From: Paenibacillus hexagrammi | GTDB taxonomy: Bacteria > Bacillota > Bacilli > Paenibacillales > NBRC-103111 | Assembly (NCBI RefSeq): GCF_021513275.1 | Contig: NZ_CP090978.1 | Coordinates: 5,187,247-5,251,246 of the forward strand | DNA length: 64,000 nucleotides | Reading direction: 5' to 3' | The notes under the pieces: model-generated | Databases searched by the model: none | The model's input: only the letters and a program-made list of their open reading frames with translations | What the model was told of the DNA's origin: nothing | Made by a program: the position numbers and the translations under genes | Part shown: positions 46,851-56,942 of the stretch, in pieces | How the letters are laid out: each line of letters starts with the position of its first letter | Position numbering within the stretch: the first letter of the stretch is position 1

Positions 46851-49800
46851 CTTTTTCAACCTTTAAGCTTGGAATTCCATCATTACGTTGCACGGATAGG
46901 TAGAGCTTGCCAGAACTAGTTCCCAATTGAGGAACACTAAAGGCAACCGACGTAGCATTTTCCTGAACTTCACGAAGTAAGATAGAATTACCTGAATTCG
47001 AATCATTGTATACTCGAACTATATCCCCAGGCTGCAAACCAGAAACTGCAATTGTATCAGGGGTCCCCGACTTGTTATTGGTAATTTGAATTTGATTAGA
47101 AGTCAGTGAAGAGCTATAAGTCCGATCAACTAAATCTCTCGTAAGCGGAACACTCAATCCCTGTGAGGAAACTGTGGATACAGCAATTTTCGTTGCTCCT
47201 GTAGGAATCTTTGTATTCATCGGAATACTTACCATGCAATACCCAAATTGATTAACTGGAACGCTCATAATAGGCTTTAGCCTTTGTAATTGATCGTTCA
47301 CAAAGTAAACTTCATAGCTGTTTATATCATTAGAAGAATTATTACTTAGATAAGTATTTGTATAAAATAGTAGGTTGCCTCCTACTTCACCCGTATCGCT
47401 GTCATAATCATCAAATGGTTCTACGTAATCGATAGGAGTTTGATTATTATTAAGAGGTAATGCAGAAACAGGTTCGCTCCCTATATGATCCGATAAACTG
47501 AAAACTGCGATTCCCCTCTCTTCATTTGTTGGACTTACTGCCATGAGCAACAAGCCCGCGGCACCTACCGGAATCTGAGACTCTTGAAAAGTTGTTTGAT
47601 ATTGCTTCTGCCCAGCACTGATTGTTGCAAATGAATTTCCGATTATATGTTGATTTGAATCAACAAAACGAATCACATAATTCTTCACGTTGGTTTCATC
47701 ATAGACAGGAACCCAATGCAACACCCCATTCATTTTCTGAGCACGCGAATCTCGGTCTTCAAAATACACACTGCCTGGATCAAAGTCCATACGGTCCCAT
47801 AATCCAAAATAAAATCCGTTTGTACCTTCACCCTGGGCGTTCTTTTCGAAGATCCCTATCCTCTGGGCTCCAGCAGGAATAGGAGTACCATTAGGGAAAG
47901 TAAGCTCATACGTAGGAATGTTTGACCCTTGGTTAGGGCGAATCAAATTACTTCGAGTAATTTCGGCTAGAGGTTGCAGTTTCACATTGTGTCCGTCAAC
48001 AAAATAGAGGTCGTAGCTCGTTGCGCTGTTATCTGAAGTTAAGTCATACCAACTGATCGAACCGCCAAAGCTTCGACGCGAGAAGTCATTGTCATCGGCT
48101 TGAATAACTTGCACTTGTGGAGCTGGAATTGCCGAGTTCACCCCTGTAATTTGACCATCACCAGAAGTGTTGTCAAAAATTTGCATACGGTACAGCTCTG
48201 TTCCTGTGTTCCCGTTTAAATCTTTCGGGCGCAGGTCGAGATAAATAGCTCCGGCAGGAATGACGTTCTCATCAATATCTACTTGATAAGGTATATCCGA
48301 TGATGGTACATGCTTGGAAACATCATGTGCGCTTCCCATCACGTTTCCAGAAGCATCTGCAAAAGTCAGCCGATATCCAGAGTAATTCGTTTCAAATGGA
48401 GTATACCAGGATACCAATGGATGTATGTTCCCACGAGTTGCATCTTGATCCTCAAATGTATAGTTGATGTACGGATTTGAATCTCCACCCCCACTTCCTC
48501 CCCCTGGTGTCGGATTAGAAGTATAAGAATCATTATCCACTAGCTCTACAGTTGCAGCGGAAGAGCTTTCCCCGTTGGAATTTTTCGCATAAATCCCTAG
48601 ATATTTTGCTCCTGTCGGAATGTTCGTTTGCTGAATATTGTAGTTGTAGTAAGAGCTATTGGATGAGTATGGAGTTTCTGCAATTGGACTTCCCATTTTA
48701 CTTTTATTCTGATCTAAGAAGTAGATAGTATAAGCCGTTATGATGGATGTACTAGGCGTTGTATACCAATAAATGCTGCCGCTTATTTTTCCTGCGTTAG
48801 CATCATTGTCACTGAAGTTCACATTCGAAACCTGAAGCTTTGGCGGATTAAATTCCGGCGCAAGATCGTGTAGAGTCTGCATAGATGAAAACCTTTGTAG
48901 AGTTTTTCCATCTTCAGAAACCATAATGATTTGCCCGTTCGGCAAAGCCAGCACTTTCTTTGTGACAAATGGCAGGTGATACTGCAACAAATACGTATCT
49001 CGATTCCAGACAGAGTCGGTTGCAAAAATATCCGCTCCTTTAGCAGCAATAATACTAGCCCCAAAATAGCCCTTCCATGCGGGGATCGCAAGAAGCGTAT
49101 TTTTATCTAGCAGATTACTTGCGTAATACAGATCATTTCCACTTAATGTGAGTACGCCTAATGGATTGTTGTATGCTTGGGAAACGGCCTGCTGTGAGAA
49201 ATCCGTAAGGTTGAATTTGATAGTCTCACCCGTTGAATTGGTTGCTAGCATTCCGTAATATAAGGCATTGTCCTCTGTACTAAGAATCATACGACCTTGA
49301 TCCATAAGGTCTGCAGCGAAAGTAGCCTTTGATCCCAGGGTTGTATCGATGACATGAATCCCCGGATAACCGAAACTCCCCATATTTGAAGCGGTGTAGT
49401 AGAGCTTCTCATTGCTGTATACAATTTGCTTGACAAAACTATCTACATCCCAGGAATATACCGCCCCACTAACACTAGATTCGGAAAGTGTATCTACTCG
49501 CTTGATCTGTGTCGAGGATGAAAAACTGAGATAAAGCTTGCCATTATCGAGAAAAATTGAGTTCGGATTAGAACCAATCGCTCGAGTTTCTTGAACGGTC
49601 ATATCACTAGTTCGAATTCTCATTAGCTGATTAGTTTCAGAGGATATTGCAAACAGATTCGAACCGTCACTGCTGTATACGAGGTCGGTTACAGATTTGT
49701 CGAATACTAGTTTTTGACCATCTGATACTGGCGGAGTGGAGGTCGTAGTATTGAGACTAGTCATTTGTATGACATTGGGTAAATTAGAGTTCCATCCATC

Positions 49801-50757
49801 TGCCCCGGTATAGGAATAGATATGATTCTGACTATCCACCAGTACCAATCTAGCTGCTATAGAGAGTTCCGCAATTTGTGTAAATCCATCTCGGTCAAGA
49901 ACGTAGGTATGAGATGGTTTGTAATAGCCTCCGTTAGCTGCATCGTTGGTAAAAACATTGTTATCTGCTACATAAATAACACCATGCTGATAAGTGCCTT
50001 GAATGGAAGCCAGGTCCGTATTTTTAAGACGATAGCCCGCATAAAAAACCTGATCTCCATTAACAATTACTTTTCTAGCTGGATACCCGAATCCATAGTT
50101 ATGATCGTAGGTACTTTGGGAAAGGAGCTGCAGCGTGGAAGTGCTGTATGAGAATATATTAGAACCGCTAGACCCCGACTCACCTATATACAAAATATGG
50201 TTTACTTCGTCAACAGCCAGGTCTGGTTCGGAAAAGTCCCACTTAGATCCCAAATAGGTTTCCGTATGAGTTGTTACATCGTAGGACGCCACTTGACACC
50301 ATTGGTCATATTCGGCATAAAAGAGCTTGTTACCGTCTATCGCTAATTCATATGGCTTTATCGTAGTCGTGATCGAGCCAACTACTTCCTTCTGCGCGAT
50401 ATCAACAATGGCAATGGCTGTTGTTCCAGACAAAGCTACATATAATTTATTACCGGATTGTACTAAATCTGACGGTGAAGTACCGAGACTCACTTGCTTC
50501 TCTAGCTGAAGGTCACTAAGACGAATGAAGAGTAGACTGTTAGCTTCTTGGGAGACTGCGTAAATATATCCATTCGTTTCGTCCATGATCCATTCCCTGA
50601 TTGGTTTTTGCAAAGTCAAAGAGGGGGACGCTCCTGTTGCATATGCTTGTTTTACGTTAGTCCCTAGCAGCATAGATGATGAAAGCAATGTCAAAATTGT
50701 CAGTAAAATGATAAATCTTCGTCGAAACCTAACATTTCGGTACATTCTGATAAACAT
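45592..50757 (-). CDS. Giant (1721 aa) S-layer-anchored protein with N-terminal YVTN-type beta-propeller repeats, multiple Ig/FN3-like domains, poly-Gly hinge and 3 SLH domains
   Basis: Signal peptide and repeated beta-propeller-like blades. The C-terminal ~440 aa are near-identical to the S8 protease C-terminus. Confidence 0.8.
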   Translation of the reverse strand: MFIRMYRNVRFRRRFIILLTILTLLSSSMLLGTNVKQAYATGASPSLTLQKPIREWIMDETNGYIYAVSQEANSLLFIRLSDLQLEKQVSLGTSPSDLVQSGNKLYVALSGTTAIAIVDIAQKEVVGSITTTIKPYELAIDGNKLFYAEYDQWCQVASYDVTTHTETYLGSKWDFSEPDLAVDEVNHILYIGESGSSGSNIFSYSTSTLQLLSQSTYDHNYGFGYPARKVIVNGDQVFYAGYRLKNTDLASIQGTYQHGVIYVADNNVFTNDAANGGYYKPSHTYVLDRDGFTQIAELSIAARLVLVDSQNHIYSYTGADGWNSNLPNVIQMTSLNTTTSTPPVSDGQKLVFDKSVTDLVYSSDGSNLFAISSETNQLMRIRTSDMTVQETRAIGSNPNSIFLDNGKLYLSFSSSTQIKRVDTLSESSVSGAVYSWDVDSFVKQIVYSNEKLYYTASNMGSFGYPGIHVIDTTLGSKATFAADLMDQGRMILSTEDNALYYGMLATNSTGETIKFNLTDFSQQAVSQAYNNPLGVLTLSGNDLYYASNLLDKNTLLAIPAWKGYFGASIIAAKGADIFATDSVWNRDTYLLQYHLPFVTKKVLALPNGQIIMVSEDGKTLQRFSSMQTLHDLAPEFNPPKLQVSNVNFSDNDANAGKISGSIYWYTTPSTSIITAYTIYFLDQNKSKMGSPIAETPYSSNSSYYNYNIQQTNIPTGAKYLGIYAKNSNGESSSAATVELVDNDSYTSNPTPGGGSGGGDSNPYINYTFEDQDATRGNIHPLVSWYTPFETNYSGYRLTFADASGNVMGSAHDVSKHVPSSDIPYQVDIDENVIPAGAIYLDLRPKDLNGNTGTELYRMQIFDNTSGDGQITGVNSAIPAPQVQVIQADDNDFSRRSFGGSISWYDLTSDNSATSYDLYFVDGHNVKLQPLAEITRSNLIRPNQGSNIPTYELTFPNGTPIPAGAQRIGIFEKNAQGEGTNGFYFGLWDRMDFDPGSVYFEDRDSRAQKMNGVLHWVPVYDETNVKNYVIRFVDSNQHIIGNSFATISAGQKQYQTTFQESQIPVGAAGLLLMAVSPTNEERGIAVFSLSDHIGSEPVSALPLNNNQTPIDYVEPFDDYDSDTGEVGGNLLFYTNTYLSNNSSNDINSYEVYFVNDQLQRLKPIMSVPVNQFGYCMVSIPMNTKIPTGATKIAVSTVSSQGLSVPLTRDLVDRTYSSSLTSNQIQITNNKSGTPDTIAVSGLQPGDIVRVYNDSNSGNSILLREVQENATSVAFSVPQLGTSSGKLYLSVQRNDGIPSLKVEKVYAAEAADPAPAPAPAAIGGGGGGGGGGGGGTSLPVPNADGKMTYDVQPGHVDMLVELAKDAKKELTLDASAKQHIDITTVSFGADIVQKAADKGKPIVIKANDVQLTFPVNALPVANKNDTVKLKVTSEAESAPKNFKAVSPVLDFSLSEKDTPITSFNTPIEVTFQYDSSKVKDASKLGVYWLDEAKNVWTYMGGKINGDGTITASLPHFSKYAVLEKSQSSTGTPTGVKTFTDIQGHWAQKDIEQLVSKQILDGMNEQSFLPDSQMTRAQLVTILKKALNLRAESTKKSFVDVADDSWYKEAVYAAFAANIVGGTSDSTFSPEDNVTREQLAVMMVNAYLNATGKKLEDVAASARSANYEDASNINDWAKQYVSVATAMGLLNGVDDTHFAPAQNSTRAQVATVVVRLLEQIKAAK

Positions 50758-51020
50758 AGATGAAAATCCCCCTAGTAATTTGGATATTACAGCACTCTAC
50801 TACTATATCTTAGTCTACTTATAGCATCAATGACCCAGAGAAAAATTTACGTATTGCCCTAAAATTAGAAGTTTACATAATTCCATACAATAATCATATA
50901 AAAAGATAAATCCCCCTCAATTAAAAAAACCACTCTCCAATCTGAAAGACTTAGAGAGTAGCCGTTTATAACCAATATTCTCTTTTAAGGAAAACTCTTT
51001 TCCACAAATCGCACTTCCGC

Positions 51021-52001
51021 CTAAGGCATAGCCCTCCCTCTGGCACAGACGTACAGCTGATACCATTCGTCACGGGTAAGCTCCACGCTCAGCGCCTGCG
51101 CCGAAGCCCGAATCCGTTCCGGATTCGTCGTGCCGATCACGGGCTGAATGCCGGCCGGATGGCGCAACAGCCACCCCAGTGCGACGGCTTCGCGGGAAAC
51201 TCCCTTGGATGAGGCCAAGGAGGCGACCAGGTCAGCCGTTTGCTTGACCGATTCGGGCTGGCCTTCCAGGCTCGCGCCCGTAAAGATTCCTTTCGCAAGA
51301 GGACCCCATGCTTGAATTTGCACGTTCTTCATCTGGCAATATTCGAGCGTGCCCTCTGGAAATGGAACCGCAGCGCCTTCCTTCTGGTTGTGGTGAATGC
51401 TGGCATCGAGCCAGTCCAGCTTGGCGAAGCTTAGCTCCAACTGGTTGACGAGGAGCGGTTCAGGCAGGCTCGCCTGAATAAAGGCCATCTGAGCCGCGCT
51501 CATGTTGGAAACGCCAAAGCCTTTCACCTTGCCAGCTTGCCTCAAAGCGGCGAAGGCCTCGGCCACCTCCTCCGGCTCCACGAGCGGATCGGGCCGGTGC
51601 AGCAGCAAGATATCAATGTACTCCGTGCCTAAACGGTTCAAGATACCATCCACACTGGCCAGTATATGTTCTTTGGAGAAGTCGAACCGTTTCGGAAGAC
51701 CGCTTGAGCTGTCCAAGGGTCGGATACCGCATTTGGATTGGATCAGGATTTGATCTCTAAGCCCTGGTCTTTCCTTCAGCATCTGACCGAATACGGTCTC
51801 CGCCTTGCCGTAGGCATAAATGTCAGCGTGATCAAACATGTTGATCCCGCAGGATAATGCCGTATCTACAACTTTGTGGGCTTCCTTCAGATGCTCAGCC
51901 GTCAGCGGATCATGGGTCCAGCCGCCTCCCAGTCCCATGCAGCCGAGCACAAGCTGACTGGCCCCGATCCCCCTCCGATTCAATGGAATAGTCCTACTCA
52001 T
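51021..52001 (-). CDS. Aldo/keto reductase family oxidoreductase
   Basis: 'GCMGLGGGW' N-terminus, 'LLLHRPDP' and a C-terminal 'PVIGTTNPERIRASAQA' pattern. Confidence 0.85.
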   Translation of the reverse strand: MSRTIPLNRRGIGASQLVLGCMGLGGGWTHDPLTAEHLKEAHKVVDTALSCGINMFDHADIYAYGKAETVFGQMLKERPGLRDQILIQSKCGIRPLDSSSGLPKRFDFSKEHILASVDGILNRLGTEYIDILLLHRPDPLVEPEEVAEAFAALRQAGKVKGFGVSNMSAAQMAFIQASLPEPLLVNQLELSFAKLDWLDASIHHNQKEGAAVPFPEGTLEYCQMKNVQIQAWGPLAKGIFTGASLEGQPESVKQTADLVASLASSKGVSREAVALGWLLRHPAGIQPVIGTTNPERIRASAQALSVELTRDEWYQLYVCARGRAMP

Positions 52002-52048
52002 GTTGTTTCCCTCCTACCTCCTAAGGTTTCTACCATTACGAACGTTGA

Positions 52049-54397
52049 TCATTGAAGCTTCAGCTTCACTACTCCAGTGAACTTACCCTGTACAGTCAGT
52101 CGGAGAAGGCTGCCTTCCTGCGTCCACACGGACTCGTCGGATTGCCCTTCTTCCCAAACTGCACCATCCGGCGTGGACAAATGCAGGGTTAATGGCTCAT
52201 CCCAAGGCCACTGGATTCCTACTTCTACCTCTTTCTCTAGAATGGTAAACTGAGTAATTTCAGTACCTCCCATCGAGAAATGCCCATCCGAAGAGACGAT
52301 CATCGGAACGTCATCCACTTCAGGAGTAATTCGCAGGTGGAACGACGCGTGAGGCGGAAGCTGTCCTAGATCGAGAGAGTCCCCGTAGCCCACACCCTGC
52401 ACCACTTTACCGGTCCAAAATTCTGCAACTGTAAACGACGCATGCTGTCCGGCAAACGGACCTACCAGCAGCTCATCCAGGCGAACCGATACCGGAACCG
52501 CCTGATCTTCCCAGTTGACGATGCTAACCGTGTGCCAGGTTCCAAGATCCACTGCTTGGCGGTCTACCTGGGTATCAAATATAGCGGGATACTGATTGCC
52601 TTCGTACATGTCCCTAGGCAGGGCTGCGATTCCCGTTGACGGGATCAGATGGCGCATCAGTCCAATCCGGTCTGCGTCAATTTCAGCCATCGGCTCGGTA
52701 AAGCAGTTGAGCCCACCGCCCCAGTATTGATTCAAAGCTGTAACCCGCGCTTCATCCTCTGTCAGCAACCCTAAGCTCAGGTCGAGTGAGCGAAACTTCG
52801 TTTCCCGCCTGCGAACCATTAGCGCATCGGGGTCATTGTGCCATAAAGGATTCATCCAATAGCGAAGCACGTTCTGCTTGATCGTAAACGGGGCCACCTT
52901 GCCACCCTGCTTCCCTCTCCACTCGGACCACATGCTGAGCACGTCCGAGCTTGTGCGGTGCGCATCCACTAAACCGGAGGGCGCGCTGAACATGCCACCG
53001 CAGATGAGCAGGTAACCGTCCTCTCCGATCCCACGGCGAACCGCTTCAATCCCCATCCGGTAAGCCTCTGCGCGAGTTGCTTTCGGATTATAGTACTGAT
53101 AATCCCCATCCAAAGCGACAGCTCGAGTAAAATCAAGCTTATGGTACGTATAACCCCAGCCCGTCAGCTTACGGTACAAGCCCTCTATCCAAGCCTGAAC
53201 CTCTGGGTGAGTCACATCCCAGACCATATTATCGGTGTTGTTCATATAGAACAGCACGGGGTCGCCATTGGCATCCTTGAGCAGCCAATCGTCATGATAA
53301 AATCTCATATCGCTGCGCGGTTCGACCAGGAACGGAGCCGTCCAGATTCCCGGACGGTAGCCCGCATTTCGGATTCGCTGCGCCACTTGCTGCATGCCAT
53401 CAGGAAAACGGTGATTTGCATCCCAGTTGCCGAAGCGCTGTTCCCAGCCCTCATCAACTTGAACGACATCCACCGGAAAATCCTTCTGCTTCAAAACTTC
53501 CAGATTGGTATATACGTCCTCTTGGCTGACGGTATCCCCATAGTAATACCAAGTGCAGAATACCGACGGAGGATTGTGCATGGCCACAGAGCCGGTCGCT
53601 CTTCTCTTAGCCTCTACATAGCGCTCGACAGCTGTGAACGGTTCCCCTGCATCCAGCCGGAGCCAGCCTCCCTCGCGGCTTTCCCCCGGTGCTAGTTCAA
53701 CGTGATCGAACAGGCAGGAAGCTTCCAAGAAGTCCAATGCCCGGGATTCATCCGTACGAATCCTGAACTCCGACAAATGCCGAACGGCATCAATGAAGCC
53801 TACAAGCAGGGAAACGGGCCCGCTGTCCGTGCTTCCGACAATGACGCTAAGCTCGTCGCTGATAATTTCATTGGAGAGCTTTTCCGCTGCAGCGGCATAT
53901 TTACCAGTCTCGCTAAGCCCCGTGAGCGCATCCATATAAGCAAGGTCATTGCGCCCCAGCACACAGACGGAAGGAAGGTCATTCTTCTGCCGTCCGTTGC
54001 GGTAGAAGACCCAATCTCCCGCTCTCTTATTCCCCAGCGTCAGCCCCTCACTCCCTTTCACCAACAAGGGGACCAGTCGAATCAGTTTCAGCGCTGATTC
54101 CCCATGATTGCAAACAACAAGACGAACATCCATGCTTGTAGGCTCATCTGCCCGGTACCGAACCTCACGAATGACTTCAAGCGGACCGCAGGAAAACCGT
54201 TCGGAACTGATCGTAACGCACTCCCCGCCTTCTGCTGATTCAGAAACAGTTCGTTCCACCAAGCTCCAATTCGTTGGTCCCGCTCCTTCCCAATCCACAT
54301 CAAAGGCAGCACGCAAATTCAAATCCGGTCCCTTCCACTGGAGGTCATGCGTCTGCGGATCCCAGGCCAAACTCCATGTTGGGTATGCTGTATTCAT
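52049..54397 (-). CDS. Glycoside hydrolase, GH36-like (alpha-galactosidase clan)
   Basis: 'FCTWYYYGDTVSQEDV...VDVVQVDEGWE' and 'YHKLDF' putative nucleophile region. 782 aa and cytoplasmic. The family assignment is tentative. Confidence 0.5.
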   Translation of the reverse strand: MNTAYPTWSLAWDPQTHDLQWKGPDLNLRAAFDVDWEGAGPTNWSLVERTVSESAEGGECVTISSERFSCGPLEVIREVRYRADEPTSMDVRLVVCNHGESALKLIRLVPLLVKGSEGLTLGNKRAGDWVFYRNGRQKNDLPSVCVLGRNDLAYMDALTGLSETGKYAAAAEKLSNEIISDELSVIVGSTDSGPVSLLVGFIDAVRHLSEFRIRTDESRALDFLEASCLFDHVELAPGESREGGWLRLDAGEPFTAVERYVEAKRRATGSVAMHNPPSVFCTWYYYGDTVSQEDVYTNLEVLKQKDFPVDVVQVDEGWEQRFGNWDANHRFPDGMQQVAQRIRNAGYRPGIWTAPFLVEPRSDMRFYHDDWLLKDANGDPVLFYMNNTDNMVWDVTHPEVQAWIEGLYRKLTGWGYTYHKLDFTRAVALDGDYQYYNPKATRAEAYRMGIEAVRRGIGEDGYLLICGGMFSAPSGLVDAHRTSSDVLSMWSEWRGKQGGKVAPFTIKQNVLRYWMNPLWHNDPDALMVRRRETKFRSLDLSLGLLTEDEARVTALNQYWGGGLNCFTEPMAEIDADRIGLMRHLIPSTGIAALPRDMYEGNQYPAIFDTQVDRQAVDLGTWHTVSIVNWEDQAVPVSVRLDELLVGPFAGQHASFTVAEFWTGKVVQGVGYGDSLDLGQLPPHASFHLRITPEVDDVPMIVSSDGHFSMGGTEITQFTILEKEVEVGIQWPWDEPLTLHLSTPDGAVWEEGQSDESVWTQEGSLLRLTVQGKFTGVVKLKLQ

Positions 54398-54413
54398 TTC
54401 ACTGATCTCTCCC

Positions 54414-54601
54414 TCTTGAGTATGCTGCTTTCGTTCCGTTGATCTCCACTCATTGAATACACTGCTTTCTTCTCATTAATCACCGCTCATTGAGTACGCT
54501 GCTTTTACCTCGATGATTCCCGCTCATTGAATACACTGCTTTCATCTCGATGATCATCGCTCATTGAGTATGCTGCTATCGTTCCGCTGATCACTTCCCG
54601 A
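54414..54601. repeat. Tandem array, 5 x ~37 bp (alternating two variants)
   Basis: Units ...tcattgaatacactgctttcttctcattaatcaccgc / tcattgagtacgctgcttttacctcgatgattcccgc ... lie between the GH36 start and the upstream solute-binding-protein gene. Confidence 0.75.
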
Positions 54602-54673
54602 GGATTCAAGCCGCTAAACACCATAATAGCCAGAGGAGAGCACTCATCCGGCTATTATGGCAGTTTCATTCAG

Positions 54674-56032
54674 TTATTTTTTTACATGCGCATTATATTC
54701 AGCCAATGATTTCTCGAAAGCCGCTGCCCATCCGTCGAGGAATTCCTTGACCGTCATTTTGCCTGCCAGTACCTTCTGCAGCGCTGGGTCCTCTTGGTTA
54801 TTCAAAATGTTAGTGTAATCCGGCAAATAAAGCGGCCGGTCTACGATGACGGAATCTTTATCGTTTAACATCTGAACGCTGACACTAAAGTGCTGGGCGT
54901 TCTTCACCCAGTCGGCATTCATGACATCCGAGTTGGTGGGAATTGCGCCAATCTTTTCATTCCAATAGCTTTGATTCTCTGCCGTATTCAAGAAGCTGAC
55001 GAATTTCCATGCTTGGTCAGGATGTTTACTCCCTTTAAAGATGACATGGCCTACCTCTGTGCCACCAATCAGAATTCTTTTGCCTGTGATCGCCTTCATG
55101 ATCGGCATAGCTGCAAATTTACCTGCTCCCAGCGTGTCCCTGTGCTGACCGTAGGAGCCGATATTATGCTCGATCATCGCCGCTTGTCCCGAATCGAAAG
55201 CTGCAACCATCTCCTTGTAGCCATTCGTAATATCACTCTCCGGGGTATTTTTCTTATACATACCCAGGTATTTCTCTAAAAACTCCACATGCTTTGGATC
55301 GTTTAAGGTACTTTTGCCGTTAGCATCAAACATGGACGTGATACCGGAGTAACCGTACATCATGTCGAGCAGCTGCTGGCTGCCCCCAGGACCTCCGCGT
55401 AGGCTGAAACCGTACTGGTTATTGTTCTTGTCCGTAAGCTTGTTCACGTTGTTAAAGAAATCATCCCAGCTGTCTGTTGCCTGAAGCCCCTTATCCTTGA
55501 ACCAATCACTGCGGTACCAAATCAAGGTCGGCGTCATCGTGTTGGCAATCTGGTAAAGCTTTTTGTCCTGCACAAGATTACGGTAAGACTGGATTACGGC
55601 TGGGGATATCTTGTCCTTATCGCTCCAGCTATCAAAATAACTGTCCAGAGGGAGCAAGGCTCCTTTAAATACAAAGTCTGTTACCCACGTTTTTGGCGCC
55701 TCCGCTACATCGGGAACGTCATTTGCAGCAATCGCTGCGTCAAACTTTTCCTTAGCGGAAGAAACCGGGAAATCGACATAGTTGATTTTGATATCCGGAT
55801 TTTCTTGTTCAAACTTGGTAATCAACTCTTTGTAAAAAGGAGTGGTATTGGCTCCGCCGTTCTCGTTCCAGAACGTAATGGTCACTTTTTCTCCCGGTTT
55901 GGTTGATGCGGCTGCATTGCTTTTGCCTGATTCAATGACGGTTTCCTTTCCATTGTTCGTTGTTCCGCATCCGGCAAGCGCCATAATGGAAGCACAGCTA
56001 ACTAGCAGAATCTGGGCCATTTTCTTTTTCAT
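54674..56032 (-). CDS. ABC transporter extracellular solute-binding lipoprotein (carbohydrate)
   Basis: Lipobox 'ALAGCGT'; SBP_bac_1-like. Confidence 0.85.
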   Translation of the reverse strand: MKKKMAQILLVSCASIMALAGCGTTNNGKETVIESGKSNAAASTKPGEKVTITFWNENGGANTTPFYKELITKFEQENPDIKINYVDFPVSSAKEKFDAAIAANDVPDVAEAPKTWVTDFVFKGALLPLDSYFDSWSDKDKISPAVIQSYRNLVQDKKLYQIANTMTPTLIWYRSDWFKDKGLQATDSWDDFFNNVNKLTDKNNNQYGFSLRGGPGGSQQLLDMMYGYSGITSMFDANGKSTLNDPKHVEFLEKYLGMYKKNTPESDITNGYKEMVAAFDSGQAAMIEHNIGSYGQHRDTLGAGKFAAMPIMKAITGKRILIGGTEVGHVIFKGSKHPDQAWKFVSFLNTAENQSYWNEKIGAIPTNSDVMNADWVKNAQHFSVSVQMLNDKDSVIVDRPLYLPDYTNILNNQEDPALQKVLAGKMTVKEFLDGWAAAFEKSLAEYNAHVKK

Positions 56033-56102
56033 GTGAGAACCCTCCTAATAAGTTGTGTTTGTATATAAATCCTAAAGTGGAATTGAAACCAAGCCATCTG
56101 GT

Positions 56103-56942
56103 CTAGCCCTTGACTGCACCTGCACTCATACCTTGAACCAGGTATTTTTGCACATAGGAGAACAATAACACCGTCGGCAATAGGGCGATCATGCTTCCCG
56201 CGGCGGAAGCGCCATAATTAATCTTGTACTCGCCCTGCATAAAACTTAAACCGACAGGAATCGTGAAGTGGGCATTATTGCTGATAAACATCAGAGCGAA
56301 CAAGAATTCATTCCAAGCTCCGATAAATGTGAAGGCGCCTACAGCGATAATCCCAGGCATAAGCACTGGCAGGACCACATAGAGGATCGACTTGAAACGG
56401 CTGCAGCCATCAATCATCGCGGCCTCCTCTAACTGGATTGGGACGTTAGCAATAAATCCGCTCATCAGAATCGTATTAAACGGAAGCTGTATCGTTGTGT
56501 ACGTGATCACAAGCGAAAGCGGGCTGCTGATGAGCGACATGCTCTTGAATATAAGGAACAACGGGATGATCAGCATAGCTGCCGGAATAAATTGGGTACA
56601 CAGTAGCAGGATCATGAAAGCAGCCTTCCCTTTAAAGCTGAACCTGCTGAGCGCGTAGCCCGACAACAAGGAAATGACCAAGACACATACAACCGTTGCT
56701 GAAGCCACAATGATACTGTTTTTAAAAAAAGTAGAGAAGCCTACGCTTTCCCATGCAAAAGCAAAATTGCTGAATGTTGCAGGGCTCGGTAGCAGCTTGA
56801 ACGGCGCGGTATAAATATCAGTTTCTCGTTTCAGTGAGGTCGATAATGTCCAATAAATTGGAAACAGGATAAACAAGGTGCATACACAAAGCGGCACATA
56901 TAGGGTCAAGGTCCGCTCCCCAACAAAACGAAGCTTGCTCAT
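56103..56942 (-). CDS. Carbohydrate ABC permease (MalG-like)
   Basis: TM helices and 'EEAAMIDGCS' EAA loop. Confidence 0.85.
   Translation of the reverse strand: MSKLRFVGERTLTLYVPLCVCTLFILFPIYWTLSTSLKRETDIYTAPFKLLPSPATFSNFAFAWESVGFSTFFKNSIIVASATVVCVLVISLLSGYALSRFSFKGKAAFMILLLCTQFIPAAMLIIPLFLIFKSMSLISSPLSLVITYTTIQLPFNTILMSGFIANVPIQLEEAAMIDGCSRFKSILYVVLPVLMPGIIAVGAFTFIGAWNEFLFALMFISNNAHFTIPVGLSFMQGEYKINYGASAAGSMIALLPTVLLFSYVQKYLVQGMSAGAVKG

Noticed and set aside
54414-54601. CRISPR array
   Set aside because: The repeats are directly contiguous, imperfect and have no unique spacers. No cas genes are nearby.
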